A program made the translations under genes and the position numbers. From positions 248,001-312,000 of the forward strand of contig NW_026778908.1 of the NCBI RefSeq assembly GCF_030144855.1: a DNA stretch of 64,000 nt, given 5' to 3'. Below the pieces are notes generated by a model. The model was given only the letters and a program-made list of their open reading frames with translations, had not been told where the DNA came from and did no database searches. Shown here in pieces: positions 12,813-25,699 of the stretch. The stretch's first letter is position 1, and every line of letters begins with the position of its first letter. The DNA comes from Hypanus sabinus (lineage: Eukaryota).

Positions 12813-13087
12813 NNNNNNNNNNNNNNNNNNNNNNNNNNNNNNNNNNNNNNNNNNNNNNNNNNNNNNNNNNNNNNNNNNNNNNNNNNNNNNNNNNNNNNNN
12901 NNNNNNNNNNNNNNNNNNNNNNNNNNNNNNNNNNNNNNNNNNNNNNNNNNNNNNNNNNNNNNNNNNNNNNNNNNNNNNNNNNNNNNNNNNNNNNNNNNNN
13001 NNNNNNNNNNNNNNNNNNNNNNNNNNNNNNNNNNNNNNNNNNNNNNNNNNNNNNNNNNNNNNNNNNNNNNNNNNNNNNNNNNNNNNN
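12813..13087. other. Assembly gap (275 N)
   Basis: Run of N. Confidence 1.
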
Positions 13088-13570
13088 TCTCTCCCATCAC
13101 TCCCCCTCTTTCCCCTTCTCTCCCCACTCTCTCAACCACCTCTCTACCCTGACCTCTACCTCCTCCCCCCACCCTCTCTGCCACCTCCCTCCCCCTCTCC
13201 CCACCTCTCCCTCTTTCCCCTTCTCCTCACTCCCCCTCCCTTCCCCTCCCTTCCCCTTCTCTTACCCTCTCCTCTCCCCTCATTTCCCTCTCTCTGTCCC
13301 CTCCTCCCTTCCCTTCTTCTTGCCTTCTCTCCCTCATCTTCTTGCCTTTTCTCCCCTTCTCCTTGCCTTCTCCTTCCCCCTCTCCCCCTTTTCCCCTTCC
13401 TCCCCTCCATCCCTAAATTTCTCCCCATCACTCCCCTCTTCCCCTCTCTCTCCCCCACTCTCCCTCCACTCTCTCTTTTTCTCTCCCCCTCCTCTCATCC
13501 CCTCTCTCTCCCTCCCCTCTTTAAACTACTCCCTTAATAAAGAGAGACAATGATGATTATTGGGTTGAAC

Positions 13571-13822
13571 GGTTGTGCAGTGGTTAGCACAATGCCTCAC
13601 AGTACCACCAACCCTCCACTGTCTGTAAGACGGTTGTCCGTACTCCCCGTGGCTATGTGGGTTTCCTCCGGGTGCTCCGGTTTCCTCTCAAAGATGTTCC
13701 TGTTGGTAGGTTAATCGGTTATTGTAAATTACCCCGTGATTAGGCTCGGGTTAATTGGGGATTGCTGGTTGGGGCAGGTCGAAGGACCAGAAGGCCTATT
13801 CCGCATCGTACCTCTCGATAAA
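13571..13822 (+). mobile_element. tRNA-derived SINE, V-SINE/HE1-like
   Basis: A-box-like gtgcagtggttagcac and the V-SINE-type core tgggtttcctccgggtgctccggtttcct; the B-box appears deleted; LINE-like 3' tail. Confidence 0.75.
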
Positions 13823-15249
13823 TTCAATCGCTTATCTTTACTGTCAAATGAAGCAGCGAATGACTCCATGTTCAGAGTGTTACAGGGTGCTCCCTCCTCA
13901 CTCTCTGTAACCCTCAGCGTGACGTTCTCTCCTTACTACCTCAGTACCGTGACTCAAAACTGCCTCTGTCAATCTTCTTGTAACCATCCTCATCATGTGT
14001 GGGTGAGTTGGAGTCCATTGGGCCGGCTGAAGAGAATCCAAACCCATGGGGTTTACCACCAGACCTGAAGCACCAACAGCCGTCAGTGATGAATAGCTCA
14101 GAGGAGAGCTGGTGCTCTTCCTTGTTCTGGGCAGCGGATATCGATAGAAGTCTTTGTTGTTCTTTTGTTTCTCAGCTCAGGGACGGCTATCCAAGGCGTC
14201 AGTCATTTCAACGGCTTTGAAAGGGGCTCTGTTTCTTTTCACCTCAGTGGCTCTGATCTGTTTCCTTAAGAACCGCAGGAATACCAGGAAGTGAGTATTC
14301 AGAAACCTCCCACTGACTCAAAGGGTCATTTTGTTGTTGATGTGTGTATGTACAGTACAACTCTCATATGTGTCTTCACCAGATAGCCATGAAATGCCAT
14401 GGGTGCTGTTGAAAGGAAAGTTATCAACTCTGCCCCCCAGTACAAAAAGATAAACCCAAAACAAACAAAACTCACAATCCCCAAACTCCTCAACAGAGAA
14501 ATGAACAACAGAATATCAAATCCCCCCACCCACCCCTGCAGAAAAGAAAGTGACAATATCAATCCCTGACCCTCACTCACAGAAATAAAGTGACAGTAAC
14601 ATCAACCCCCACCCCACCCTGAACACAAAAAATTACAAACCACCTTCCTGCCAATCAGCCACATGAAAGAAAACCCTGAAAAACTGAAGGCAACCAATAG
14701 AAAGTACAACTCAAATATCACAAATCTCTGATTATCAAAAACATCTTTTCATCAGGGTGTGAGGAGAGCGGTCACACGAACTCAGTCCTTCCATGAAGAG
14801 TTACCACCGACCCAGGTCCGAATGTCACCCACCCCGCTGCTGACCATCGTTACACCGGTGGCCTCCATTGGGAGTGATCGCTGATCCCCTCCGCAATTTC
14901 CCTCAGAAACCCCTCCAATTTCTGTCTCTAACCCCCTCCATTTCTGACATCTCCTCCACTTGTGTTACCATCTCTCCATCTTCCTATACCCTCCCAAACC
15001 TCTGTGAACCACTCTGGCCCCATACCCCTTTGGCCCTACACCCTCCACATACACTCCATTCTGGCCCCACCTCCGTAAACGTCTCTGGCTCCTACACTCT
15101 CTCCATCTCCATAAACTGCTTCAGCATCTTTACTATTCCCATCTCTGTAACACTGCAGCCCCTAGAACTTCTGCTGACACTGTAAATCCTTATGTTAAAA
15201 AAAAAGCTGGATGAACTCAGCAAGTCGGGCAGCATCTGTTGAAAGGAGC

Positions 15250-15285
15250 AGTCAACATTTCGGTCCGAGACCCTTCATCAGGACT
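15250..15285 (-). ncRNA. Second, partly mutated hammerhead motif on the opposite strand
   Basis: Minus strand reads agtc-CTGATGA-agggtctcggacc-GAAA-tgtt-gact; the ACGT palindrome is mutated to ATGT. Confidence 0.5.
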
Positions 15286-15466
15286 AAAAAAGGAAGGGGC
15301 AGGGGCCCTATAAAGCATCTCCTTAGATTCCTTCTTCACCTCTCCTGCCTGTCCCCTCCCTACTTCCCTTCCCACACCCCTTGATCTTTCCTCTGAGTTG
15401 TTTTTTACCTGGTACCTTCCACCCTCCCCCCACCTTCTTTATAGGGCCCCTGCCCCCTACTTCTTC

Positions 15467-15502
15467 AGTCCTGATGAAGGGTCTCGGCCTGAAACGTTGA
15501 CC
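15467..15502 (+). ncRNA. Minimal type I hammerhead ribozyme motif (Penelope-type)
   Basis: gtc-CTGATGA-agg(gtctcgg)cct-GAAAC-GTT-gac: catalytic core, helix I gtc/gac, helix II agg/cct and a palindromic ACGT in place of helix III. Confidence 0.7.
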
Positions 15503-15924
15503 GCTCCTTTCAATGGATGCTGCCCAACCTGCTGAGTTCATCCAGCTTGTTTGTACGTCTTGATTTGACCACAGCATCTGCTGTGCACTTTGTGTTTACT
15601 GTAAATCCTTCCTGTCCCAGACGCTTGTGATGTCTGCAAGACCCTGCACCCTGCACCATTCCTGAGCCTGTATCATCGTCCAGTCCGTCCCTCTTCGGGA
15701 CACCGACGCCTCTCATCGCTCCAGCATTAATACCCAATTCCTGCCTTCCGCAGTCCGGAGCTTGGAATTCCCTTCCAGATTCTCCAGCCTCCCTCCCCGG
15801 GACCCTTCCCTCCTCTTTACAGAGTGTTCGTCACCTGCCTTTTTCTTAAAGACTCAATGTCATTACGATTTCTAAGGTCAGACACCAACCCTCACCAACA
15901 TCAACAAAACTCAGCTGACAGAAG

Positions 15925-16170
15925 AACATTAGGAACAGGAGCCCCATAGAAGGACATCTGGCCCATCGAACCTGATCTGCCTTTCAATGTGATCATGGCT
16001 GATCTGGCTGTAGACTCACTCCACCAACCTGCCTTTTCCCCATGATACTTCATTCCCCTAAATTGCAAAAAATGATTTAACTGTGTCTTCAATATATTTA
16101 ATGACATTATGCTCTATTGATTCCCAGGGCAGAGAATTCCACAGATTCATTAATCTCTCAGAAAACGACC
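15925..16170 (-). mobile_element. CR1 3' end fragment
   Basis: Reverse-oriented CR1 3'UTR pattern (ggcccatcgaacc...atcatggctgatct) like the other CR1 tails in the window. Confidence 0.55.
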
Positions 16171-16229
16171 TCCTTTTTTCAGTAAAAGGGGCTTTTCTTC
16201 CCCACCTGCTTTATTATTGATGCAGCTCT

Positions 16230-17150
16230 TATTGGCATCTCCTCTGTATCTCTACTTCTGCTCTCACCCAATTCCACCCCCCACCCACAGAGAACAGTTA
16301 GCCTGGTCCTCACCTACACCAACTAGTCTATATGTCCAACATATCATTCTTTGTAACTTCTGCCAGATACAATGGGATCCAATCATCATCTACATCTTCT
16401 CCTTTCCCCTTCTCCCCTCTCTGCTTTCTACAGGGATCACCCTCTCTTAACTCCCTGGTCTGCGCATCCCTCTCTAGACACACTCTTCTGTTACCACAGA
16501 GAGTGTGACACCTGCATTTACACCCCCTGCCTCATCACCATCTGGGGTACAAAACAGCCCTTCTCGGTGAGGCAGCCTTTCACAGTCCCCCGGCGTTACT
16601 CATTGTATCCCGTGCTCTTGGTTTGGCCTCCTCTACATCAGTGAGGCTAAATACAGGTTGGATGACACTTCACAAAGCACCTTCACTTTGTCCACCATCG
16701 CTGCCTGGATTTCTCAGTGGCCAGACATCCTCATTCTCCTTCCCATTCCCCCACTGACATATCTGTCCTTGACCTCTTCAACTGCCAGGTTGAGGTAAAT
16801 GGAAATCAGAGGAACAGTAGCTTGTATTCCATGTTGATACTCTCCAACCCAGTGGCACAGGTACTGAATTCCCCAGCTTCTGGTAACTGCTCCTTCTCTC
16901 TATCCCTTTCCTCTCTCTTCCTAGTCCACATGGCCCCTCCCCATCCTATCCACCTGCCCATCACCTACACATTCCTCCCACTAGCTCCCTCTTCACCTTC
17001 CTCTCAAATCAGAGTCCATTATCATCCGTCTTTAGTCACGTCCCACCTTTGCTCCAGATCCATTCCAACCCTTGCCCATCTGCCTTTCAGCTCTCTCACC
17101 TCCATCCAGCTATCCTCTGCCAGCTCACTACCCCGTCCAACGTTTTGAAG
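16230..17150 (+). mobile_element. Degenerate Penelope-like element 3' part (linker and GIY-YIG remnants)
   Basis: Translations PTSLYVQHIILCNFCQIQWDP and VRQPFT..RYSLYPVLLVWPPLHQ are frameshifted versions of the intact GIY-YIG at 35569-36018. Confidence 0.65.
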
Positions 17151-19787
17151 TGTTGCCCCAGATTCCAGTATCTCCAGTCCAAGGTGTCCCCAACAAAACG
17201 GTATATTGCTGCACATGGAGTGTGAAGTGGGGAATGTGGAGTTCCTGTTTCAATGTCAATCAATACGAAGGGATTTTCAACAAACACATTAGAGTTTGTG
17301 CTTCACACCCTGCACTCCCTCACTCAGAGATTCACCAACATCAGGATTCTCGAATCTACCTACTTTTCTTCCTTTTTATAAACTCTGACCCGTCACACTT
17401 CAGGAAGTGAGACCCAACCCTGGAGAAGGTCAGGGAGGGAGGATATCTCCAGTCAAGTCCCAGAGATGTGTAGTTCTCCTGCAGAGAGGCTGGGGAGGCT
17501 GTGATCCCCAGAATAGGTCAATGGGAGATTGAATAAAAGCATTAAAAATCATGAGAGGTTACACAGGACATAGTGAATTGTGGCACCGTACCGACTCTCA
17601 GCCTGCAATGTTCTAAACTTCCCATCTCATAAAGCTGTCCATGTTCCTGTCATCCATGAGCCTATCTAAGGGTCTCTCAAACGTCCCTGATGTAACTGGG
17701 TCTACCACCACCCTGGCAGTGAGTTTCTCTCACCAACCACCCTACATTCCTCCCATCACCTTAAAATTATGCCCCTGGTATTACCCATTTCTGCCCAGGG
17801 GAAAAGTCTCTGACTGTCTACTCTGTCTATACCTCATCATCTTAAACCTCTACCGATTCACCTCTCACATTCCTTCACTCCAAACAAAAAAGCCCTTGCT
17901 CGCTCAACCTACTCTCATAGGAGATGCCATGATGTCCAGACAACATCCTGGTAAATCTCCTCTGCACCCTCTCAGGATTTTCCACAACCTTCTTAGAAAG
18001 AGGCCGGGTTGGACAGAGTCAATCAGGAGGGGGTGTTTCTGGAGGGAGGCCCATTAGAAACTGGGGAGTCTTTGACTGGAGTTGATCAGTGAGATGTCTA
18101 GAGGGAAAGGGGAGGGGACGGGACAGGTTGTTGTGATCTGGGATGGGCAGCATTAAAGGGCAGTGAGACCAGGTGCAGCAGGAACTTTTCAATCAACAGA
18201 ACCAGAATAATGGGAAAATGTGCAAGGCCATGGGGGTAGGACAGGGACTGCAGGGCTGATTGGAGACTCTCACTGGCAGTGATCACTACTAGACTCACCC
18301 AGGGTGGAATTTCTCATAATGTGTGGTGCATTCACCAAAATGTCACCCATTCCGGGGGACTAGTATTCTCTCCTCCCCACCCTGAGCTTGGCCTCTCTCA
18401 TTGCTCTGTGTCTGACTAATGTTGTTCTCAACCCTAGACCAACAGAAAAAGCAGAAAGGCCTGTGTCAGAGCATTTGTATGAAATGGTCTTGATGAGTCG
18501 CGGGGGAGTCAAGGTGGAAGAATCAATGAAAGCTCCACAATAATCCAGGTAAGAACTATTGCCCGGCACCCTGAGGGCTGTTGTTCAGATTACAAGCTCT
18601 TCCTCAGCATTGCCCACTGCCAATGCTCCTTCATTACTGTCTCCCCAACGTGATGGATAGTGTAGTGTTCCATGAGTGTTGTCCATCCAGCAATGTCACA
18701 GGTTTATAGGGTCAGCACAGCAGAAAGGCCCTCAATGTCCATACCAACTGTTAACTTCCAATCTGTACTCATCTTACACTTGGCCCATAACCCTCTCTGC
18801 CTTGCAGTTCCAGGGTTTGTCGGATACTGAAATGTTGTGGAAATACCCACATCCAGCACCCCTCAGGCAGTACTTTCCATAATCCAACCACTCTCAGGGC
18901 CAAAATGTTCTTCCTTAGCACCTCTCCAAGCTAACATCTTAGCCCAAACCTTGGCCCTCAGGTTTTAGATACCAGTGCTATGAGGAACAGTTTCCTTATT
19001 CCCCGTGAAGAATAGTCTGTGATCCACATAGCTTTCATTCCCTCTGTCATGTTCCCCATCCACCTCATCTGCTCCAAGGAAAACTATTGCAGCCGATCCA
19101 GTCTCTTCTCTTCATCAAAAAGCTCCAATCCCTTGTTAGATCTGGTGATATTTATCCAGAGGTCCTTCGGAAGTCAAGAATGAGTCACAAAACTTGGTGG
19201 TTATGGTTGTTTTATTAACTGTTAGAGGAACAAAGAACGAGCATATGAAGACAGAAAACAAAGAAGTTGTGGTCATCTTCAACAAAAAATAATCTCGAAT
19301 TGTGAAACATTCTGTTGTGAAACAGTCTGGTTGTGGGGTGGTATGGGCTGCAGGAAAACATCCAGAAAATACAGAACCAATTGCTGAAAATTCACTCAAC
19401 AGTTACACATACAGGTAAATAAGAAAATTGCAGGCAAGCATAGGAAAGTGAAATCTGAAGAAAATGAAGGAAAAATAACAATTCTACACCTAATTCCGCA
19501 CCTTGCAACATCCTTGCAGAGCAACACAGAAGGGAGCTGAAAGGAATCAATAGATTAGGCAGCATCTATCTTTGGATGGGTTTGGCCGAAAGTGCCATCT
19601 GTCTGTTTTCTTCCACAAATCTTGCCTGAACTGACAAGTGCCTCCAGTATTTTGCGTAAGGCTCATATTTCCAGAATCCACAGCAATCTGCATTGTGCCT
19701 CCAACATCCTTGTGAATCTCCTCTGCACCTTTTCCTGTAAAATCACATGCTTCCCATGGTATGGTGACATGAACTGAAAGCAGTTGT

Positions 19788-22700
19788 GGCCATAGAACCA
19801 TAGAACATTACAGCACAGAAACAGGCCTTTTGGCTCTTCTTGGCTGAGCCAAACCATTTTTCTGCCTAATCCCACTGACCTGCACCTGGGTCATATCTCT
19901 CCAAACCCCTCTCATCCATATACCTGTCCAAGTTTTTCTTAAATGTCAAAAGTGAGGCCGCATTCACCACTTCATCTGGCAGCTCATTCAACACTCCCAC
20001 CACTCTCTGAATGAAGAAGCACCCCTCCAGTGCTCCCTTTAAACCTTTCCGCTTCACCCTTAACCCATGACCTGTTTTTTTTTTCTCCCCTGGCCTCAGT
20101 GGAAAAAGCCTGCTTGCATTCACTCTATCTATATCCATCATAATTTTATACACCTCTATCAAATCACCCCTCATTCTCCTACACTCCAGGGAATAAAGTC
20201 CTAACCTATTCAACCTTTCTCTGTAACTCAGTTTCTCAAGTCCCAGCAACATCCTTGTAGACCTTCTTTCAACCTTATTAATATCCTTCCTGTAATTCGG
20301 TGACCAAAACTGCACACAATACTCCAAATTCGGTCTCACCAATGTCTTATACAACCTCACCATTACATTCCAACTCTTATACTCAATACTTTGATTTATA
20401 AAGCCCAATGTACCAAAAGCTCTCGTTATAATCCTGTCTACTTGTGACATCACTTTTAAGGAATTATGTATCTGTAATCCCAGATCCCTCTGTTCTACTG
20501 CACTCCTCCATGTCCTACTATTTACCTTGTATGTTCTACCTTGGTTTGACCTTCCAAAGTGCAATACCTCACACTTGTCAGCATTAAACTCCATCTGCCA
20601 TTTTTCAGCCCATTCCTTCAACTGGTCCAAATCCCTCTGAAAGCTTTGAAAACCTTCCTCACTGTTCACTACACCTCCAATCTTTGTATCATCAGCAAAT
20701 TTGCTGATCCAATTTGCCACATTATTATCCAGATCATTGATACAGATGACAAATAACAATGGACCCAGCACTGATCCCTGTGGCACATCACTAGTCACAG
20801 GCCTCCACTCAGAGTAGCAATCCTCCACTACCACTCTCTGGCCTCTCCCATTGAGCCAATGTCTAATCCAATTTACTACCTCTCCATGTATACCTAGCAA
20901 CTGAATCTTCCTAACTAACCTCCCATGCGGGACCTTGTCAAAGGCCTTACTGAAGTCCATGTATACAACATCCACTGCCTTCCCTTCATCCACTTTCCTA
21001 GTAACTTCCTCGAAAAACTCTATTAGAGATCAGTTAAACATGACCTACCACGCACAAAGCCATGCTGACTTTTTCTAATAAGTCCCTGTCTATCCAAATA
21101 CTTGTAGATCCTATCTCTTAGTATTTCTTCCAATAATTACCTACTACCAATTTCAAACTTACCGGCCTATAATTTCCCAGCTTACTTTTTGAGCCTTTTT
21201 TAAACAACGGAACTACATGAGCTATCCTCCAATCCTCCGGCACCTGACCCGTGGATATCGACATTTTAAATATGTCTGCCAGGTCCCCTGCAATTTCAAC
21301 ACTAGTCTCCTTCAAGGTCCGAGCGAATACTCTGTCAGGTCCTAGGATTTATCTACTCTGATTCGCCTCAAGACAGCAAGCACCTCCTCCTCTTTAATCT
21401 GTATAAATTCTATGACTCCATTCCAGTTTCCTTAGTAAATACAGATGCAAAAAACCCATTTAATATCTATCCCATTTCTTTTGGTTCCATACATAGCCAA
21501 CCACTCTGATCTTCAAGAGGACCAATTTTATCCCTTACTATCCTTTTGCTCTTAACATACCTGTAGAAGCTCTTAGGATTATCCTTCACCCTGACTGCCA
21601 AAGCAACCACATGTCTTCTTTTGGCCCTCCTGATTTCTTTCTTAAGTATTTTCTTACTCTTTTTATACTCTTCAAGAATCTTATTTCCTCCCTGTTACCT
21701 ATACATGTAATACATCTCTCTCTTCTTCTTTATCAGAGTTCTAATATCCCTCGAAAACCAAGGTTCCTTATTCTTATTCATTTTGCCTTTAATCCTGACA
21801 GGAACATTCAAACTCTGCACTCTCAAAATTTCTCCTTTGAAGGCCTCCCACTTACCAATCACATCGTTGCCAGAGAACAACCTGTCCCAATCTACGCTTT
21901 TTAGATCCTTTCTCATTTCTTCAGATTTGGCCTTTTTCCAGTTTAGAACTTCAACCTGAGGACCAGATCTGTCTTTATCCATGATCAAGTTGAAACTAAT
22001 GACGTTATGATCACTGGAACCAAAGCGTTCCCCTACACACACTTCTGTCACCTGCCCTAACTCATTTCCTAATAGGAGGTCTAATATTTCATCCTCTCTT
22101 GTTGGTACATCTATATATTGATTTAGAAAACTTTCCTGAACACACTTCACAAACTCTAACCCATCTAGACCTTTAACAGTATGGGAGTCCCAATCAATGT
22201 GTGGAAAATTAAAATCCCCTGCAATCCCAACTTTCTGTCTCCTGCAGTTGTCTGCTATCTCTCTGCAGATTTGCTCCCCCAATTCTCGCTGACTATTGGG
22301 TGGTCTATAATACAACCCTATTAATGTGGTCATACATTCCCTGTTTCTCAGCTCCACCCATATGGCCGCAGTAGAAAAGCCCTCTAATCTTTCCTGCCAA
22401 AGCACTGCTGTAATATTTTCCCTGACTAGCAAAGCCACCACCCCCCCCACCCTTCATCCCTCTGCCTACATCACGTCTGAAACATCGGAACCCTGGAACA
22501 ATGAGCTGCCAGTCCTGCCCCTCCTGTAGCCAAGTTTCAGTAATGGCTATGATATTATAATTCCATGTGTCAATCCAGGCCCTCAGCTCGTCTGCGTTTC
22601 CCACAATACTCCTTGCATTGAAATATACACACCTCAGTAGATTATTACCACCACACACAACCTTACTATTTGTGACTTTGCATGAACTACTAACATCATT

Positions 22701-23362
22701 TATTTTTACCCTCATTCCACTATCTGCTCTGGCACTCTGGTTCCCACCCCCCTGCAAATCTAGTTTAAACCCTCCCCAATAACACTAGCAAACCTCCCTG
22801 CCAGGATATTGGTTCCTCTGTAGTTCAGGTGTAACCCATCTCTCTTGTACAGGTCCCACCTGCCCCAGAAGAGGTCCCAATGATCTAGAAATCTGAAACC
22901 CTGCCCCCTACACTTTTCTCAGCCACATGTTCATCTGCCAGAGCATCCTGATCTTACCCTCACTGGCACGTGGCACAGGTAGCAATCCGGAGATTACTAC
23001 CCTCGAGGTCCTGTTTTTCAACTCTCTGTACTCACTCTTCAGGACCTCCTGATTCTTTCTACCTATGTTATTGGTACCGACGTGTACCATGACATCTGGC
23101 TGATCACCCTCCCACTTCAGAATGCTGTGCACGCGATCAGAGACGTCCCTGACTCTGGCACCCGGGAGGCAGCAAACCATCTGGGAGTCTCTGTCACAAC
23201 CACAGAATCTCCTGTCTGTACCCCTAACTATCGAGTCCCCTATCACTACCACTCTCCTCTTCTTCCTCTCTCCCTTCTGCACTGCGGAACCAGACTCAGT
23301 GCCAGAGATCCGGCTGCCACAGCTTGTCCCAGGTAAGCCATCCCCCCCCCAACAGTATCCTG
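19788..23362 (-). mobile_element. CR1 LINE, 5'-truncated in ORF1 and internally deleted
   Basis: RT ORF 19866-20993 ([24 protein letters not shown]); APE endonuclease 21695-22757 (GDFNFPHIDW, ILDL, SSDH); ORF1 SGNH esterase GDSIVRG..VHVGTNN (22908-23282); ccatagaa tail repeats near 19790-19806. Confidence 0.95.
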
Positions 23363-23364
23363 TT

Positions 23365-23371
23365 TGTGTTT

Positions 23372-23423
<52 letters not shown>

Positions 23424-25560
23424 CAGAGAGCACTGTGTAATTGCACTCCTTCACTCACGAGCATTGTCTCGTCACTCTGCTGTCATTACGGTGAGTGTAC
23501 CTGTCTCACTGTCTTCCCTGGTGTATTTAATACTCTGGTTCCTAAACAAGCTGATGTGTTCCAATTGGTGTTATGGTGCCTCTCCCACCATACATGGCAG
23601 AATATTCCATTTCTTCAGTGATGGGTTTGTGTAAGGGTGTATATATTGTTTGGGTACTGTAATTAACATAGATAATTCTGTTTATTTGTAATGAATTATA
23701 ACTACTGTGGCATTTTTCTTTTCACTATATTCAAAACTTTGCATGTTTGATTTTTGACACAGCTAATAAACGCCACTGCACTAAACTTTTAAGTGACTCC
23801 AGCTGTTGTTTCTTCAGTCATAACCCACATTTTAAACTGTGTGTGTGTGTGAGAGAGCATTTATTTCAGAGTGTGTGTCTGCTTCTATGAGTCTGGGTTT
23901 CTATATGTTTGTTCATGTGTATTTCTGTGTATGTTTATGTGTTTCTGTGTGTGTTCTGTAATTCTGGGGTGTGTGAAAATGTGTTTCTTTCTGTGTTTCA
24001 CTGTGTCTGTATGAGTGTGAGTTTCTCTCTGTGAGTGAGTGTTTCTGCTTGTCTGCTACTGTGTTTATGTGTTTCTGTCTGTGTGTGTTTGTGTTTCCAT
24101 GTTTTATGTGGTGTCTGTGTTTATGTGTGTGAAAGTTTGTGTGTGTTTGAGTGTTTCTGTGTGTGTTGTATGATCAGTGTGTGTTCTGTATGTGTGCACA
24201 TGTTTCATAATTCATGTGTCTGTTCATAATTAGGTGTTTCTGTAGGTGAGTGTGTGTGTTTCTGTGTTGGTTTGTGTGAGTGGATATTTCTGTATGTGAG
24301 TACTGTGTGTGCGTGATTGGGTGTTTCTGTAGAGGAGTATGTGTGTATGTTTCTGTGTTGGGTGCTTCTGTATGTGAGTATGTGTGTGTGTTTCTGTTTG
24401 TGTGAGTGTTTCTGTGTGTGCTTTCCTGTGTGATTGTACTTTTTTGCAGATATGTGTTAGTGTGTCTGTATTTGTGTGTATATTTCCTTGAGTCTGACTT
24501 TTTGTGCCTGTGTATGTTTGTGGGTTTCTGTGTTTTATTTGTGTGTGTTTGTATGTTTCTGTGTGTATTAATGTGTGTGTGCATTTATGTGCTTTATGGG
24601 GTGTATGAGTTTGTGTGTGAGTTTATGTATCTGTTTCTTTGTGTGTGTGGATATGCATGTACGCATATATGTTTGTGTGTACCTGTGTTGTGTGTATGTG
24701 TGTGTGTTTGTATGCATTTCCCTGTGTGTGTTTGAGGGTGTGAGTGTAAGCCTGGTTGTGTGTGTGTGTATGTGTGGTGGGTGTGTGACTCTGTTCTAGG
24801 GTGTTTCTATATGTTGGTGCATTTCCATGTTTTATGTGGTCTATGTGAGTTTGTTCTCAAGTGTGTCTGTGTGTGAGTTCATGTATGTCCTTATGATTTT
24901 CTGTGTGTGTGTTTCTGGCTGTGTGTTTGAGTTCATGTATGTGGCTTGTGTGTTTATGTGTGTGTGTGTTAGTGTGTGAGTTTGTGGGTTGTATGTGTGC
25001 AAATGTACCTTTCTGTGTGTTTTTGTGTCTGTGAATTTGTGTGTGTGTGCTTCCTTGTTTCTGTGTGTGCATTTGAGTTTTGTGTGTGTGTGTGCAATTC
25101 TGTGTGTTTCTGTGACTGGGTTTCTCTGTGTATGTGTTTGTGTGTGTGTAAGTTTCTGCTTTTATCTGAGCGCATTTTAAGTGTGTGTTCATGCATGTGT
25201 GTGTTTCTGCATTTGTGCATGTATCTGTGTGTATGTGCGTGTGTTGTATGGGTGTGTGTTTTTTGTCTGCATGCTTCTGTGTGAGTGTGTTTGTTTCTGT
25301 GTTCTGTGTGCGTGGCTGTATGTGGTGATGGGGTGGGAAGAGTTTCTGTCTGTATGTGTGTATGTTGTTCGGAGTTTGTGTCTGTGTTTCTGAGAGTTTT
25401 TCTGAGAGTTTTTTGTGCATATGTGTGCAAGTTTCTTTATTTCTGTGTCTGTATGTTTCTGTATTTGTGTGTGTTAGTGTGTGTGTCTCTGTGTTTTGTG
25501 TGTGTTTTTCCATGTTTTCTGTCTGTGAGTTTCTGTTTTGTGAATATGTGAGTGAGTGAA
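23365..25560. repeat. (TG)n microsatellite followed by a ~1.7-kb degenerate TG-rich tract
   Basis: Pure (tg)n at about 23375-23414; gtgtttctgtgtgt-type degenerate units from about 23840 to 25560. Confidence 0.9.
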
Positions 25561-25699
25561 GGGTCCGTTTGTGTGGAGAGTGGAGTGTAGTTGGAGTGGG
25601 GAAGGAGAAAGAGGAACAAATGGAGTGGGAGGTGAGAGGGGCAGGGGGAGTGGAGAGGGTGTGTGGGGAAGTGAGGGGAGTGTGGTGGTACAAAATATC

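Larger units (their letters stand above)
8110..13535. repeat. 5.4-kb polypyrimidine/polypurine low-complexity tract
   Basis: Plus strand is overwhelmingly C/T; it contains (cccctt ct)n-type runs next to the gap. Confidence 0.97.
15192..15597. mobile_element. Non-autonomous Penelope-derived palindromic insertion with 13-bp TSD
   Basis: Inverted arms 15204-15314 / 15437-15548; flanked by the direct repeat actgtaaatcctt (15179-15191 and 15598-15610). Confidence 0.8.

Noticed and set aside
8104-13553. Very long ORFs (807, 633 and 966 aa) and Gly/Arg/Glu-rich minus-strand ORFs
   Set aside because: They are by-products of C/T low complexity, which lacks stop codons. They show no domain features and some run through the N gap.
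19866-20993. 375-aa RT ORF as an active or domesticated gene
   Set aside because: It belongs to a truncated, internally deleted CR1 with frameshifts upstream.
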